Shown here piece after piece: positions 43,317-54,245 of a stretch of DNA of 56,143 nt. Source of the stretch: a virus (taxonomy: Duplodnaviria; Caudoviricetes); the IMG/VR virus record IMGVR_UViG_3300019766_000013, positions 1 to 56,143 of that record. The stretch is one strand, 5' to 3'. Position numbers and translations under genes: made by a program. The first letter of the stretch is position 1. Each line of letters starts with the position of its first letter. The notes under the pieces are model-generated. The model searched no databases. It was not told where the DNA came from and saw only the letters and a list, made by a program, of their open reading frames with translations.

Positions 43317-45983
43317 TTAAAAATTAAAAAAAATATTTGATATAAATTTAAAAATATTATTGGCGACAACTAATCCACCTTTGTCGTTAGGGTGTAACTT
43401 GTCTTGCGAATATTCATTTGATATATCTATGTTTTTAAAATCTAAACCAGAATAAGAATATAAATCACAAACTGGAATAGAATAAAAAGAACATATTTCT
43501 TTAATTGACGAAACAAAATCTTTCAAATAATCACCATTCAAATTTGACTCTGCTGACGTTGGTCGTCCTGCTGAATATGTCGACCGATGCAAAGGTGTAA
43601 CAAACATAAAAGGCATTAAGGGTTTAACTGCTTGAATTTCTAATATTAATTCATGCAATGCCCCCGAAAATGTGTCTTTGTCTACTGGGGGTGTCAACTT
43701 GGTTGTACCTATATAAGTTCCTCCTGATATTGGACTTATTGTATAGTAGTCGCCTATGGGTTTTGAATCATAAGTAAAGTCATTTGTGCCACCAAAGACT
43801 ATTAAGAAATCTACATCTGCTAAGTTAGCAGGAATAACTCTTGTTATAAATCTTGATGCCCCTAGTCCATTTAAAGGGTTGTCAGCTATGGTTGTTGAGC
43901 TTACCCCTAAATTTACTATTTTAGCACCCAAAGCAGCTGCTAAATACATGACATATAGATTCTGCTCAGTTATACTATCCCCTAAAAATCCAATTGTTTT
44001 CCCTGAAAAATCGACACCAAGTGTCTTTTTAATACTTAATAAAGATGCGACTGTTTCAAACGAATCCAAAGAATAATCTATTAGCAATCTTGGATATGGA
44101 AAGCTTAATAGCCTGTTACTTAAAAATAATTCTGTCGCAGTGTCTGGTATTCGACCTGTAAATATATTATTTGTAGTTCTGAATGTTGATAGTATGGTTC
44201 CGCCACCATCTTTAAAAACACAATATCCACTATCCGTAGTATCAACTCTGCCGCTAAAAATAAAACTCTTACCCTGATGAGAAGTGACATCTATAGATTT
44301 TGCGTTTGCCCAATTCTCTTGAGATGCCTCTACTCCTAAGTTGGTGTAATATTTTCCACCCCTCCAATCAATGTCTATATCTGTATAAGGCAATTTTTCA
44401 GGACTTAACAAATATTGAAAATTTAAAATAGGAAATTCAACCGACGTATGTCTATTGCTTAACAATAGTGTTTTTGCATCAAGCGGTATAAATAATTCAA
44501 ATCTGTCACCAACTGTCTGAAATGACAAAATAACATCATTAGAAGAATCCAAAATATGACACCAAGCAGCCAACTCGCTCTTCCCTTCATATCTAAATAT
44601 TGAAATACCGGCATATTTTTCAATATCAATACTGACACTTGAGTAAGTTGCAGTGTCAAAAACTTCCACCGCTGATGAATTATAATAGGATGTAAGTTTC
44701 CAATCATATACATTTGCTGATTTTTTTAGATTCTCTACTATATATGATGAAGGTATAGTTTTATCAATAAGATTTCCAATTTTCACAGATGGATTCGGTA
44801 TATCCGCATGACGATTACTTAGGAATATCTGATAAGTGCTATCAGGGATAATTCCTTTGTAAAAATCATCTGTTGTTTGAAATGATGATATAATATTTCC
44901 TGAATTATCTACAAAGTGGCAAAAAGCAGATTCTTCACTTTTCCCAATCATACTTATTTTGCATCCTTGATATCCTCTTGCATCAAATGAAATTCTTGAA
45001 TAAGTCCCAATACTACCAACATCCGCATTAACGTCATAAAATTCACCAGAAATCCAATTCAAATTTAAAGTAATTATATTATTAAGTCCTTTTACTATGC
45101 TCTTTGTCCATACGGAAGATTGATACACAAATACACAAAGTTCCTGATTTCTTTCTAATCCTCCAAAATTAGTATATACCCCATCTTCCAATGGCAGTAC
45201 TGTTGCACCATCAACCAATCCTGTTTTAGCAGGAGAACTTAAATTTATTTCTCCATAATAATTCGCCCCATTAGTAAGTTTATTAAGTTGTTCTGGAGTT
45301 AAATTACCCTGCCCTAAATTAGTCCATGATCCACTTGCATTCCATACGATTGATTCACCTGCTAAAAATGACTGCCCTGTGTTAGTTTTAGTTGGATCAT
45401 TATCCGTAACATTTGCAGTAATGTAATACAAATGACCTACTTGTACCTCAAGCGGTGTTGGGAAATCTGCAGCAACAGCTATATCTCCTTGAGGTTGATA
45501 TCCATTAATACTGTTTTGTAAAGTAACTATATCATTTTCATTAACTGCAATCCTAGCAATATTATTATCAATATCTGACTTATTAGAATCAGTAACAGCT
45601 TTTACTGCATTTGAATCTGGAACTTTACCAGAATCTCCACTAAGACTTGTTTCAATAGATTTACCACTATCCGTAGGATTTTTGTTTGCATCAAATACAA
45701 CCAAGTTATCTTCTGTAGCTGTTATTGGCTTGTCTGATTTATTATTACCTAAATTTACTACATCCGTTTCTACTTCACCTAAACGAGTTTCAGCATCATC
45801 TAAACGAGTTTCAGCATCATCTAAACGAGTTTCAGCATCATCTAAACGAGTTTCAGCATCTTGTGCATTTTTATTAACAACTTCCTTTATTTCGTTTAAA
45901 TCTTCTGCTGCTACTTGTTTCTCCCTTTCTACTATAGGGACTTTATTCGTTTTATCATTAAATGTAATTTCTTGTTGTGCCAT
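43317..45983 (-). CDS. Tail fibre/spike with C-terminal SGNH/GDSL esterase
   Basis: N-terminal coiled coil, three ~115-aa internal repeats, FLGDSIT, GVSS, GGTND, DKLHPN. Confidence 0.8.
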   Translation of the reverse strand: MAQQEITFNDKTNKVPIVEREKQVAAEDLNEIKEVVNKNAQDAETRLDDAETRLDDAETRLDDAETRLGEVETDVVNLGNNKSDKPITATEDNLVVFDANKNPTDSGKSIETSLSGDSGKVPDSNAVKAVTDSNKSDIDNNIARIAVNENDIVTLQNSINGYQPQGDIAVAADFPTPLEVQVGHLYYITANVTDNDPTKTNTGQSFLAGESIVWNASGSWTNLGQGNLTPEQLNKLTNGANYYGEINLSSPAKTGLVDGATVLPLEDGVYTNFGGLERNQELCVFVYQSSVWTKSIVKGLNNIITLNLNWISGEFYDVNADVGSIGTYSRISFDARGYQGCKISMIGKSEESAFCHFVDNSGNIISSFQTTDDFYKGIIPDSTYQIFLSNRHADIPNPSVKIGNLIDKTIPSSYIVENLKKSANVYDWKLTSYYNSSAVEVFDTATYSSVSIDIEKYAGISIFRYEGKSELAAWCHILDSSNDVILSFQTVGDRFELFIPLDAKTLLLSNRHTSVEFPILNFQYLLSPEKLPYTDIDIDWRGGKYYTNLGVEASQENWANAKSIDVTSHQGKSFIFSGRVDTTDSGYCVFKDGGGTILSTFRTTNNIFTGRIPDTATELFLSNRLLSFPYPRLLIDYSLDSFETVASLLSIKKTLGVDFSGKTIGFLGDSITEQNLYVMYLAAALGAKIVNLGVSSTTIADNPLNGLGASRFITRVIPANLADVDFLIVFGGTNDFTYDSKPIGDYYTISPISGGTYIGTTKLTPPVDKDTFSGALHELILEIQAVKPLMPFMFVTPLHRSTYSAGRPTSAESNLNGDYLKDFVSSIKEICSFYSIPVCDLYSYSGLDFKNIDISNEYSQDKLHPNDKGGLVVANNIFKFISNIFFNF
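45779..45860. repeat. 21-bp perfect tandem repeat x3.9 (heptad DAETRLD)
   Basis: CTAAACGAGTTTCAGCATCAT at 45779, 45800, 45821 and 45842 (partial). Confidence 0.97.
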
Positions 45984-45989
45984 AATCTA

Positions 45990-48674
45990 TCATCTTAAAA
46001 TGTTATTATCTATCGGAATTGCTACTATTTCAAATCCACTTAAACTACTATTAGGAAGTAATTTCCCTCCCTGTAGAATAGTTATTGTTTTATATTTACC
46101 TTTTTGCATTCCAACTGGTATATCCTGACGTATATTATTAGGAAATGCTTCTGTAGAATTATCTTTATATGCTATTAAAGGTATGTTAATTTTATCTTTA
46201 TTCAAATCCTGTTTGCCCCATAATCCAAAAGTAAAATATCCTCTCTCTCTATACAATTCACATCTTGAAATCAATCTTTGTATTTTTTTATATTGATCAG
46301 GTGTCTGTATTTTAATAGGCCTTGTAAGCAAATGAGTTTCTACTTCTTGAGAAGGATCTTCTCCACTTAATACATCTAACTCTTCATCATTATTTAAGAC
46401 TAAAAAACGACTATATATCTCACCTTCTACAGTGTTAATAATTGAAAGAAAGTCTACTGCTTTAGTAAAGACATATGTACTCACATCCCATTGCCCTGTA
46501 AAAAGATTATAGATTAAAGAAAAGTTTTTTAATGCGTTACTACACCATATATTATTTCTTCTTCCGTCATAAGCAAATATTGCTCCTTTCATATAATCCA
46601 CAATATCAGAAATAATATAAGGATTAGCACCTCCAAAAAACTCATTTGTCAAAATATCGTAATTTGGATACACTATATTAGCATCAGGGAAATTTCCATT
46701 ACCTTGTTCTGGGAAATAGTTTTTAGTAAGATTATCTAATTGTCCATTATTAATAACTATTAAACCTTTGTCACTTATATATATAAGATTCTGGTCTATC
46801 TGTATATTTTCAGAAGACAATGCAGGCATATTTGCTGCCTTTGTTATTGATTGAATAAAACTTATACCAGAAGGATCAAAATTAACCGTATAGACTCCAT
46901 CAGATGTACCAATTAAAAGAGGAGCTAAAAAATCATTATTTGCCGGATCAACTGAATTACTCCCAACAAATTGAATTTTACCTTCTCCTACTCTATAAGA
47001 GTTGATAGCTGGCCATACACTAAATTCTCCTGATTCTGAAAACTGAAGTCTATTTTGTGAATTATACAAAGACTCTGAATTAAATTCTCTTTCTTGAATA
47101 GATAAGTAATTGTATATTAATTCAACTCCATAAGTGATAGTAAAAGTAGTTGTTTCATTTCCATCAAATTCTATATTATTTAGAGAAAATTTATCATCTA
47201 TATCATAGAAATCTAAATTACATGATAAATTCTTAGTTTCTAACTTCTTTAATTCTATTGAAAGAAATTGATCTGACGTAGGTGGTAAATAACTTGTATT
47301 ATCAAATATATTAAATAAAGCTTTTGAAGCTCTTTGATCTGGATATGCTATAACACCCCTTGTTCTAAATCTAAGTTCTCCAGTTTCTTTTGTAGGATTT
47401 AATGATGAAACACTCATTCCAACTTTTATAGATCCATCTTCTGTCTCTACATCATATCCTTCTCTACCTTGTGAAGGAAAGGAAGAATTTAAACCTATTG
47501 TACTCACATATCCATTGCTTAAAACAGTAGTAGGTTTATTTACACTTAATCTTCCATTATAAGATGTAAGATTTCCATATAATTTATGATAACTAAAATT
47601 ATCAATAGGCATTACTTCTCCTGCTGCTATTGTAGAAGCATTTACAGAATATTCACTATTTTGTTCCTTTAATAAGTTATATGCACCTATTTTAGATTCT
47701 ACATACAAAAATATACTTTTTTGAACTGAACCGTATCTACTTCCTAAATCTTTTGAACCAACAGTTTTTATTAAATAAAAGTTTTCATCTGAGAGTCTTT
47801 GAATATCACTCTTCATTTCAGAATTACTGTACGCTTCATGAATGCCAGCTTTAAGTTGCGATGTTGCTTCATAAGATGGACCTTCATTAAACTGTGTCTT
47901 ATAAACTGGAATTGTTGCATAAACATTTACAGCAGAAATATCATCATTATCTATTTCTGTATCAAATCCATCTAAATTTATTCCTATATATGAATGAATG
48001 TTTTCTATTAAGTCATCTTTAACGACTGCACTTCCATTATTAACTGAATTATATCCATATATACTATGAACAAATATTGTAGAAGGAAGAATAACTTCAC
48101 CTGTTTTTAATTCTAAAGCATATCTAATTAAAACAACACCACATCTCGTAAGTAATCTATAATCATTTCCATCTCCTCCTGATACACCTATAATTATATT
48201 ATTTGTATAAAATGCAGGTTGCAAATTTTTCCACGAGTACATATCTGTACTTTCATATGTGTTTTTAACTTCATCAAATTGTACGTTATAATAGAATTTA
48301 TCTGTACTATTCATAAAGTATATAATACCATTTAATATAATAAAGGATAAAGTACTAAAGTCTGAAACAATTGGAAAGTTATGAATACTTTCTGGAGTTA
48401 TTTTTTCTGTATACACTCCATTCTCTATAGTTCCAAACCATTTTAATACTGATGAATCAAACATTAATACATTGATTTTATCTTCGTCAGATACTTTATG
48501 AAGTATTATCTCATCTTTATCGGATGTATTTAGAATACCAGAAAATAATCTTTCAGGAATAGGTCTATAAACACCATCTCTCCATTGTAGATTAATGGAT
48601 TCTTGCAAGAACCCATCAGGTACATTACGTTCATTTTGCCTTATATTTATTCCTTTTGGTTTTACTGTGTACAT
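45990..48674 (-). CDS. Putative tail hub/DNA stabilisation protein
   Basis: 894-aa beta-rich protein next to the portal; DG.LQESINL N-terminus, NRLQFSE...F..WP and LLTRPIK motifs. Confidence 0.6.
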   Translation of the reverse strand: MYTVKPKGINIRQNERNVPDGFLQESINLQWRDGVYRPIPERLFSGILNTSDKDEIILHKVSDEDKINVLMFDSSVLKWFGTIENGVYTEKITPESIHNFPIVSDFSTLSFIILNGIIYFMNSTDKFYYNVQFDEVKNTYESTDMYSWKNLQPAFYTNNIIIGVSGGDGNDYRLLTRCGVVLIRYALELKTGEVILPSTIFVHSIYGYNSVNNGSAVVKDDLIENIHSYIGINLDGFDTEIDNDDISAVNVYATIPVYKTQFNEGPSYEATSQLKAGIHEAYSNSEMKSDIQRLSDENFYLIKTVGSKDLGSRYGSVQKSIFLYVESKIGAYNLLKEQNSEYSVNASTIAAGEVMPIDNFSYHKLYGNLTSYNGRLSVNKPTTVLSNGYVSTIGLNSSFPSQGREGYDVETEDGSIKVGMSVSSLNPTKETGELRFRTRGVIAYPDQRASKALFNIFDNTSYLPPTSDQFLSIELKKLETKNLSCNLDFYDIDDKFSLNNIEFDGNETTTFTITYGVELIYNYLSIQEREFNSESLYNSQNRLQFSESGEFSVWPAINSYRVGEGKIQFVGSNSVDPANNDFLAPLLIGTSDGVYTVNFDPSGISFIQSITKAANMPALSSENIQIDQNLIYISDKGLIVINNGQLDNLTKNYFPEQGNGNFPDANIVYPNYDILTNEFFGGANPYIISDIVDYMKGAIFAYDGRRNNIWCSNALKNFSLIYNLFTGQWDVSTYVFTKAVDFLSIINTVEGEIYSRFLVLNNDEELDVLSGEDPSQEVETHLLTRPIKIQTPDQYKKIQRLISRCELYRERGYFTFGLWGKQDLNKDKINIPLIAYKDNSTEAFPNNIRQDIPVGMQKGKYKTITILQGGKLLPNSSLSGFEIVAIPIDNNILR

Positions 48675-48680
48675 TTGTTC

Positions 48681-50768
48681 TTAAATTATTCCTGATACTT
48701 TTTCCATTTGTTTATCTGCTAAACTCTCTGCTGATACCTCTTGATTAATACCAGGCATAGCAGGTGGTTGTGCTCCTCCTCCTTGTATAGGAGGTGTTGC
48801 CATCATTTGATTTTTCTTATACTCTTGTAATTTCTGTTTTGCCTGAACCATTACAGGATTATTAGAAATATCTAAGAATACCTCGAAAGGCATTAATTGA
48901 TTATAAACAAGTTGCAATAATTCTTGTTCTAAAGCCATTCTATGAGCAGGAGAGTTAGTTCCTTTACTTTGCTCTATACTAAATTCAAATTGTTTTAATT
49001 CTTTTGGATCTATATCTTTTCCAGTTATTTTAAGATAATCTTGCTTAGTATATCCTTCTTCAATAAACATTAAAATAAGTTCATCTCGTTGAAGTAATAC
49101 ATCAAGATAAGTCTCAAATGTATCTCTGATATTAAGACCTGCATTTTGACTTTCCAGTGCATATCCTGTAGCTGTTTTAGCAGAACTGTCAGAACGTCCT
49201 TGTGCTGCTCCATAGTTACCACTTATTTCATCTACTAATCCAGAATAAAGTTGAACCATCTGTTGTACTTGATTACCTACATTTGCAGCATTTGCATATA
49301 CCTGTTTAGGCATCACTTCTTGAGGATCTACACCATCTCTAGTTTGAACTATTACAGCTCCATCTGTTTTTTTAATTTGAGAAATGTATTCTTTATTAGT
49401 CATATCATCAGGAACAGCATCTGAAGGTATTAACCATACTCCTTTTGAAGCATTAGAGATTATTGAGTCTGCTTGTAAGATTTGTCTATCAAGACTTAAT
49501 TGTGCATTAAGAACCTCTTCTATCAATCCCCACATCTCTCCATTAATATCTGGAGCTGGCATCACGTAAGGCATCATACCATTTTTGTATGGACTTTCTC
49601 TTACATCTAAAAGATAACCCCAAGGAGTTACATAAGAGACATACCATCTACTTCTGAATTTAGTATCAAATTGTATAAGTAACTCTTCTGGATCTATATC
49701 TGCTTCTGAATTGTTTATACGTTCTTGATTAAGTGCGTCTATTTCTTTCTTGACGTTTTCTGGATTTTGCCATTTATATGTTTTGAAATCATTACCTGGC
49801 ACCTCTAATGGATCATACGTGGAAGCTTCATAATCGCTAATCTTTGTCCATATCTCAAAATAACGATATGATGAATTTCCTACTCCTTGTGTATAGAATG
49901 ATAAATTTCTTAATTCTGAACCATCATATGACTGAGAACTATATGTAGACTGTTTACGTTCATCACCTTGATATTTAACGTAAGCTTGTCTGATTTCTAT
50001 TCCACGTTCATAATCATCTTTTGCAAACATCTCCACAATATCATTAAGATCTGTATCGTGGATTTCATAAGCAGTATTTAAGTTAGCAAAGTCTTCATCA
50101 GTTATGCCAGGATTAACTCCGAATTTTGAAGTATTAACTACACGAAAACGTATGTCGGTTTTCGTCATGTTATTCTTATTACCCCATAAAACCTTGAATA
50201 TAGGTCTTCCAGAATGAAGCATCTCCTTCATATTCCTAGCATCCTTTTGCTTGGCTTTGTTTTGGTTTTTAATTCGATTTAAACACTCAGTAAGGATATG
50301 AGCTAATTCTTGACCTCTAACATCTTTACTTTCACATTTAACTACATTGCCTGTATTTACTTCTCTGAATTGACCTACAATAGAACGTCCTAACTTCGAT
50401 ACTACATTATATGTCAAAGGAGGCATATTTCTTCTCTGAAGATATTGCCACTGTGTAATATGTCTTTTTAATTCTGCATCATACACTAATTCCCCAAAAT
50501 GTCTACCTCTAGTAAAATCTATATTTCTTTGTCTTCGTTCTCGAAAATCTTGTTCAGCATAGTATTGATGCTCCAAGCTTCTTAATAAAGCACTTGGAGT
50601 CATTCCTAATTTTTCAAACACATATACCTCCAGAAACTCTGAATAATCATTTCTTGGCTTTATGGCATTAATAGGGAGGCCAATTTTTCTACGACCTTGC
50701 ATTTTGTTTCTACGTAATGCATCTTTAATCCCTTCTGGGGTATGTATGTAATTATTAAACTCCGGCAT
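48681..50768 (-). CDS. Portal protein (P22-like)
   Basis: 695 aa; R.RN.DF..G.HF, PPLTYN, G.F, PYV, ISGNYGAAQG...TATG, Gln/Pro-rich tail. Confidence 0.8.
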   Translation of the reverse strand: MPEFNNYIHTPEGIKDALRRNKMQGRRKIGLPINAIKPRNDYSEFLEVYVFEKLGMTPSALLRSLEHQYYAEQDFRERRQRNIDFTRGRHFGELVYDAELKRHITQWQYLQRRNMPPLTYNVVSKLGRSIVGQFREVNTGNVVKCESKDVRGQELAHILTECLNRIKNQNKAKQKDARNMKEMLHSGRPIFKVLWGNKNNMTKTDIRFRVVNTSKFGVNPGITDEDFANLNTAYEIHDTDLNDIVEMFAKDDYERGIEIRQAYVKYQGDERKQSTYSSQSYDGSELRNLSFYTQGVGNSSYRYFEIWTKISDYEASTYDPLEVPGNDFKTYKWQNPENVKKEIDALNQERINNSEADIDPEELLIQFDTKFRSRWYVSYVTPWGYLLDVRESPYKNGMMPYVMPAPDINGEMWGLIEEVLNAQLSLDRQILQADSIISNASKGVWLIPSDAVPDDMTNKEYISQIKKTDGAVIVQTRDGVDPQEVMPKQVYANAANVGNQVQQMVQLYSGLVDEISGNYGAAQGRSDSSAKTATGYALESQNAGLNIRDTFETYLDVLLQRDELILMFIEEGYTKQDYLKITGKDIDPKELKQFEFSIEQSKGTNSPAHRMALEQELLQLVYNQLMPFEVFLDISNNPVMVQAKQKLQEYKKNQMMATPPIQGGGAQPPAMPGINQEVSAESLADKQMEKVSGII

Positions 50769-52095
50769 AATTATAGTTTGTTTGTAATCCTTTTTCGCTT
50801 CTTACCCAAAATTTAGCATTCTTACGACTCTTTTCGTATTCTGAATTGTAATATACAGCTTTTTTATCATATCCTATAGTTAAATATAACTCTTTAAGAA
50901 TATAATTCTTTAACGCATCTTTTAGATATTTTAATACCTCATCAAAGATATTAGGATCTACTCTAATATCTTTTAATGTTTCAGATGTATAATTAAGTTT
51001 ATTTACACGAGTATCCATATTTTGATATCTATAAATAATCTTATTAGGATTCCAGTTTGTATCAAATTCAAATCGTGGGCTTGGTATTACCTTTGGAAGT
51101 TCTGTATTAATTATGAAGTCATAATTAAAATCATCTGTAGCATCTCTCAATTCAACAGAAACAGAAGTAATATCATCTGCTATTCCAAAATAATCTTCAC
51201 CTACTGTATTTCTATCTATAAATCTTTCTGTCCCTGATATTCCATTATAACTTATGGTAACATAAGCACTTCCACAATTATGCTTTATAGTAGCTCCATT
51301 TACCTTTACTAGGTTTTTATTATTCCAACAGAAATCATGAATCAAATGGCTTATTCTGATATTATCTTTATATGAAGGAAGATACGCATCTCCAGCTTGA
51401 GTAAGTGCTTTTATCCATCCGATTGCATCATATTTAACTGCACATATTTTAACATCGTAAACAAAAGCTCCATTAGTCTCAGATATTAAACATTCAATAA
51501 GTTGAGATAAATTATTATTCCTTAGATTTTTATTATTTGTCCAATTTACATAATTACCTATTCCTCCTAGATATCCACCTAAATCATACGCTATATATTC
51601 CTCAGTAACACCATTAGTTACAGGTAGAGATATGGTACCAAGATCTATACCATCAACTTTATATGTTATATCTCCATATCCACTAATACACTTTATCTGA
51701 ATACTATTTACAAATATATTACTAGGATCAGGATTTGTCCAACTAAAATCAGAAGTTTGTCCTTTAAACTCATACTCTAATGGTGTTGAGTCATAAGAAC
51801 CTTCTGGAATTAATCTTTGTAATGGACTGAATATAGGTAATAATTCCCTTGCTCCTTCTTCTAGAAAATCTCTAGTAATCCTATCTCCTTCTCCATGTGC
51901 TTCAGCGAATCTTTTCTGAGCCTCTGTATGGTTACTAAACCAAATATCTGATTGTACTGCTAAAGAACTTATACGAGCAACCTTCTTATAAACATCACTT
52001 ATATCTATTTCAGCTTCTACAATAGGTATTCCATTTAGATAACAATGATCTAAACCTGTATTAACAATTTGTAAATTATTCCCTGCCATAATCAA
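50755..52095 (-). CDS. Putative virion structural protein
   Basis: 446 aa; helical adaptor-like ends with a beta-rich middle; next to the portal. Confidence 0.55.
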   Translation of the reverse strand: MIMAGNNLQIVNTGLDHCYLNGIPIVEAEIDISDVYKKVARISSLAVQSDIWFSNHTEAQKRFAEAHGEGDRITRDFLEEGARELLPIFSPLQRLIPEGSYDSTPLEYEFKGQTSDFSWTNPDPSNIFVNSIQIKCISGYGDITYKVDGIDLGTISLPVTNGVTEEYIAYDLGGYLGGIGNYVNWTNNKNLRNNNLSQLIECLISETNGAFVYDVKICAVKYDAIGWIKALTQAGDAYLPSYKDNIRISHLIHDFCWNNKNLVKVNGATIKHNCGSAYVTISYNGISGTERFIDRNTVGEDYFGIADDITSVSVELRDATDDFNYDFIINTELPKVIPSPRFEFDTNWNPNKIIYRYQNMDTRVNKLNYTSETLKDIRVDPNIFDEVLKYLKDALKNYILKELYLTIGYDKKAVYYNSEYEKSRKNAKFWVRSEKGLQTNYNYAGV

Positions 52096-52553
52096 TCGTG
52101 TAATCTATGTAAATGTCCTTGTATATCTGTTATTAGCTTTTTATGTTTGCTCATTAAAGCAGATACATGATAATCATTTCCTTTGTGCTTGAACCACAAA
52201 TAAGCTACCCATGAAAATATTGCATTTTTAACATCTTCATTTAAGGCACTTTTTATTGATAATGCTTGTTTTAAAATCGGTTCGCATTCATTGAATCGAT
52301 AAACTGCATTCGTGCCATCATATTCAAAAGGAACACCATTCACATCTCCTTGTCTTGATATAAAATATTTAGCAACCTCTCTTGTTGCCTCATCTAAGAA
52401 ATTTATAAACGCATCCTCTTGATCTATTCCTAATTCAGTTTGTTCAACATTAGGAGTCCCTGCATCAGATACTAATGATAATCCAATGTAAGATGTCCTC
52501 AACCATGTGGTATATTGGACATTTGATACTGGTATGTTTATAACTACATCCAT
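52092..52553 (-). CDS. Putative head-tail adaptor-like protein
   Basis: 153-aa helical ORF in the structural operon. Confidence 0.5.
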   Translation of the reverse strand: MDVVINIPVSNVQYTTWLRTSYIGLSLVSDAGTPNVEQTELGIDQEDAFINFLDEATREVAKYFISRQGDVNGVPFEYDGTNAVYRFNECEPILKQALSIKSALNEDVKNAIFSWVAYLWFKHKGNDYHVSALMSKHKKLITDIQGHLHRLHD

Positions 52554-52909
52554 TAGTTTTCGTCCATTTGATCACTAACTAATGCAATTCCTATTTTAGG
52601 TCCATTTTCTTTTTTCTTCTCTTTAGGCTTTTCTTCACCAGAGACAAATTTATTTTTAGACTCAAAATCTTCTGAAGTTACTATTTTTGGATAGCAAGAA
52701 TCTTCGCCTACAACTACATAACTACCTTCTGGAACTTTTAATGTAAGTTCTTGGTCGTTATAATCCTTGTATTTGATTTCTTTATCCTCTTCAACTTTAA
52801 CGGCATAGCCGTCACATTTGCGCAAGAATGGCTTTGCTTTGCCATCAAGAATTTTCAACAATTCTTTTTCCTTACCCTCTTCCATATCTTCTATTTTCTT
52901 TGAAAACAT
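52553..52909 (-). CDS. Hypothetical protein
   Basis: 118-aa ORF, coupled stop/start. Confidence 0.6.
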   Translation of the reverse strand: MFSKKIEDMEEGKEKELLKILDGKAKPFLRKCDGYAVKVEEDKEIKYKDYNDQELTLKVPEGSYVVVGEDSCYPKIVTSEDFESKNKFVSGEEKPKEKKKENGPKIGIALVSDQMDEN

Positions 52910-52927
52910 ATTTTTGAATTTATAAAG

Positions 52928-53524
52928 TTATGATATAGTTTTCCAAACAATAGTAATCTCACCATTAGCAAGTAAGTTTCCTACGTTATCTTCATTCCAA
53001 GTACCTGCACAATTTAAGTAAATTGTTTTTGCATCACTTGATTTATTAAGAGAAATACCAGTAAGAATACCAGCAGTTGCACCTACAGGACCATTTTCAA
53101 CTTCTGCACCTGTTTCTGTATCAGCAACATCAAATCCTTCATGGATATCTTCTAATGTTGCTCCAGCAGTACCTAAATCTGCATTTGCACTACCATCTCC
53201 AATAACTGAACCTAATCCAAGTTCTGGTGTTACGGCAGTACCTGCACATGATAGACCTACATTAATATGACTCACTTCTAATACTTGTGAGCCTGCTGGT
53301 AATGTATAAAGAGGTGTTCCTGGCACTAATACTAAATCAGCAGCAGCACCTGCTAAAGGACCTACTATAAAGTCTTCTAATTTAATCTTAGTTGTATGAG
53401 ATAATCCTTCTCCATACTCTTTAATTCCTAACGTAGAAGCACCTTGTACTCCTTTGTTGTTCTCTGATTGTAAACCTATTCCATTAGAGAAACGATTTAC
53501 ACCATTGGCTTTTACTACTTCCAT
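52928..53524 (-). CDS. Putative virion structural/decoration protein
   Basis: Gly/Ala/Thr-rich beta protein, LYTLPAG, G.ITIVW. Confidence 0.55.
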   Translation of the reverse strand: MEVVKANGVNRFSNGIGLQSENNKGVQGASTLGIKEYGEGLSHTTKIKLEDFIVGPLAGAAADLVLVPGTPLYTLPAGSQVLEVSHINVGLSCAGTAVTPELGLGSVIGDGSANADLGTAGATLEDIHEGFDVADTETGAEVENGPVGATAGILTGISLNKSSDAKTIYLNCAGTWNEDNVGNLLANGEITIVWKTIS

Positions 53525-53543
53525 ATAGCTTATCTTTATTTAA

Positions 53544-54212
53544 TTATTCGTGTTGTTCTATTGCATTACTAATTTCTTGTCCTTTTACTCCTGCTTCATT
53601 CAATCTTCCTTTTATTAAATGAAGCTCTGTCGCTAATGCCTTTGTAACCTCATCAAAAAGTTCGTCTGGCCACGTATTGCTTATATCATCAGGTACATTA
53701 TCAAATGATACGTATTGAAAATTAGCTAATGTTTTTACATCTCCACTATTAACAGAAAAACATTCTATTCGTGCATTACCACCAGAAGCTGTATTGTTTA
53801 ATGCCACTACAGGGGATTGTTTACCTGCCCTTGTGAAAGGATTATTCTGTTTTGGATAGTTTTCACTATTGATATAAATATATTCAGTTACAGGTCTCGA
53901 CCACACTGTTAATCTTATTGATACTAATTCCCAAAAATCAGAAGGTGCTTGAAACGCTACCTTTTGTTTATAATAAGCAGATTGATCTTCTCCACTAGAT
54001 AATGGATCCTCAACTAATATTCCTGGCTGAGCCAAGTATCTCTTTAATCCCCAAGGTAATTCTTTAATCAAGTCTCTACAAAGCTCAGGCAATATTTCTA
54101 ATGCCTGCTGCCTTATAGATGTTTCTGTAGTTGCAGCCGTAGCAAAAGAAGTTGGAACCTCATCTATTAAGGTCAACGCTCTATCTACTATTTGTGATGC
54201 TGTTTTTGGCAT
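53544..54212 (-). CDS. Putative tail tubular/adaptor protein
   Basis: IVDRAL.LIDE N-terminus, PSDF.ELVSIRL..W.RPV, QNNPFTRAG...PV. Confidence 0.55.
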   Translation of the reverse strand: MPKTASQIVDRALTLIDEVPTSFATAATTETSIRQQALEILPELCRDLIKELPWGLKRYLAQPGILVEDPLSSGEDQSAYYKQKVAFQAPSDFWELVSIRLTVWSRPVTEYIYINSENYPKQNNPFTRAGKQSPVVALNNTASGGNARIECFSVNSGDVKTLANFQYVSFDNVPDDISNTWPDELFDEVTKALATELHLIKGRLNEAGVKGQEISNAIEQHE

Positions 54213-54245
54213 ACTATTATGGTGTTTTAAATATTAAATAATATT

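Noticed and set aside
45779-45860. CRISPR array
   Set aside because: Head-to-tail repeats with no spacers, in frame within a coding sequence; no cas genes.
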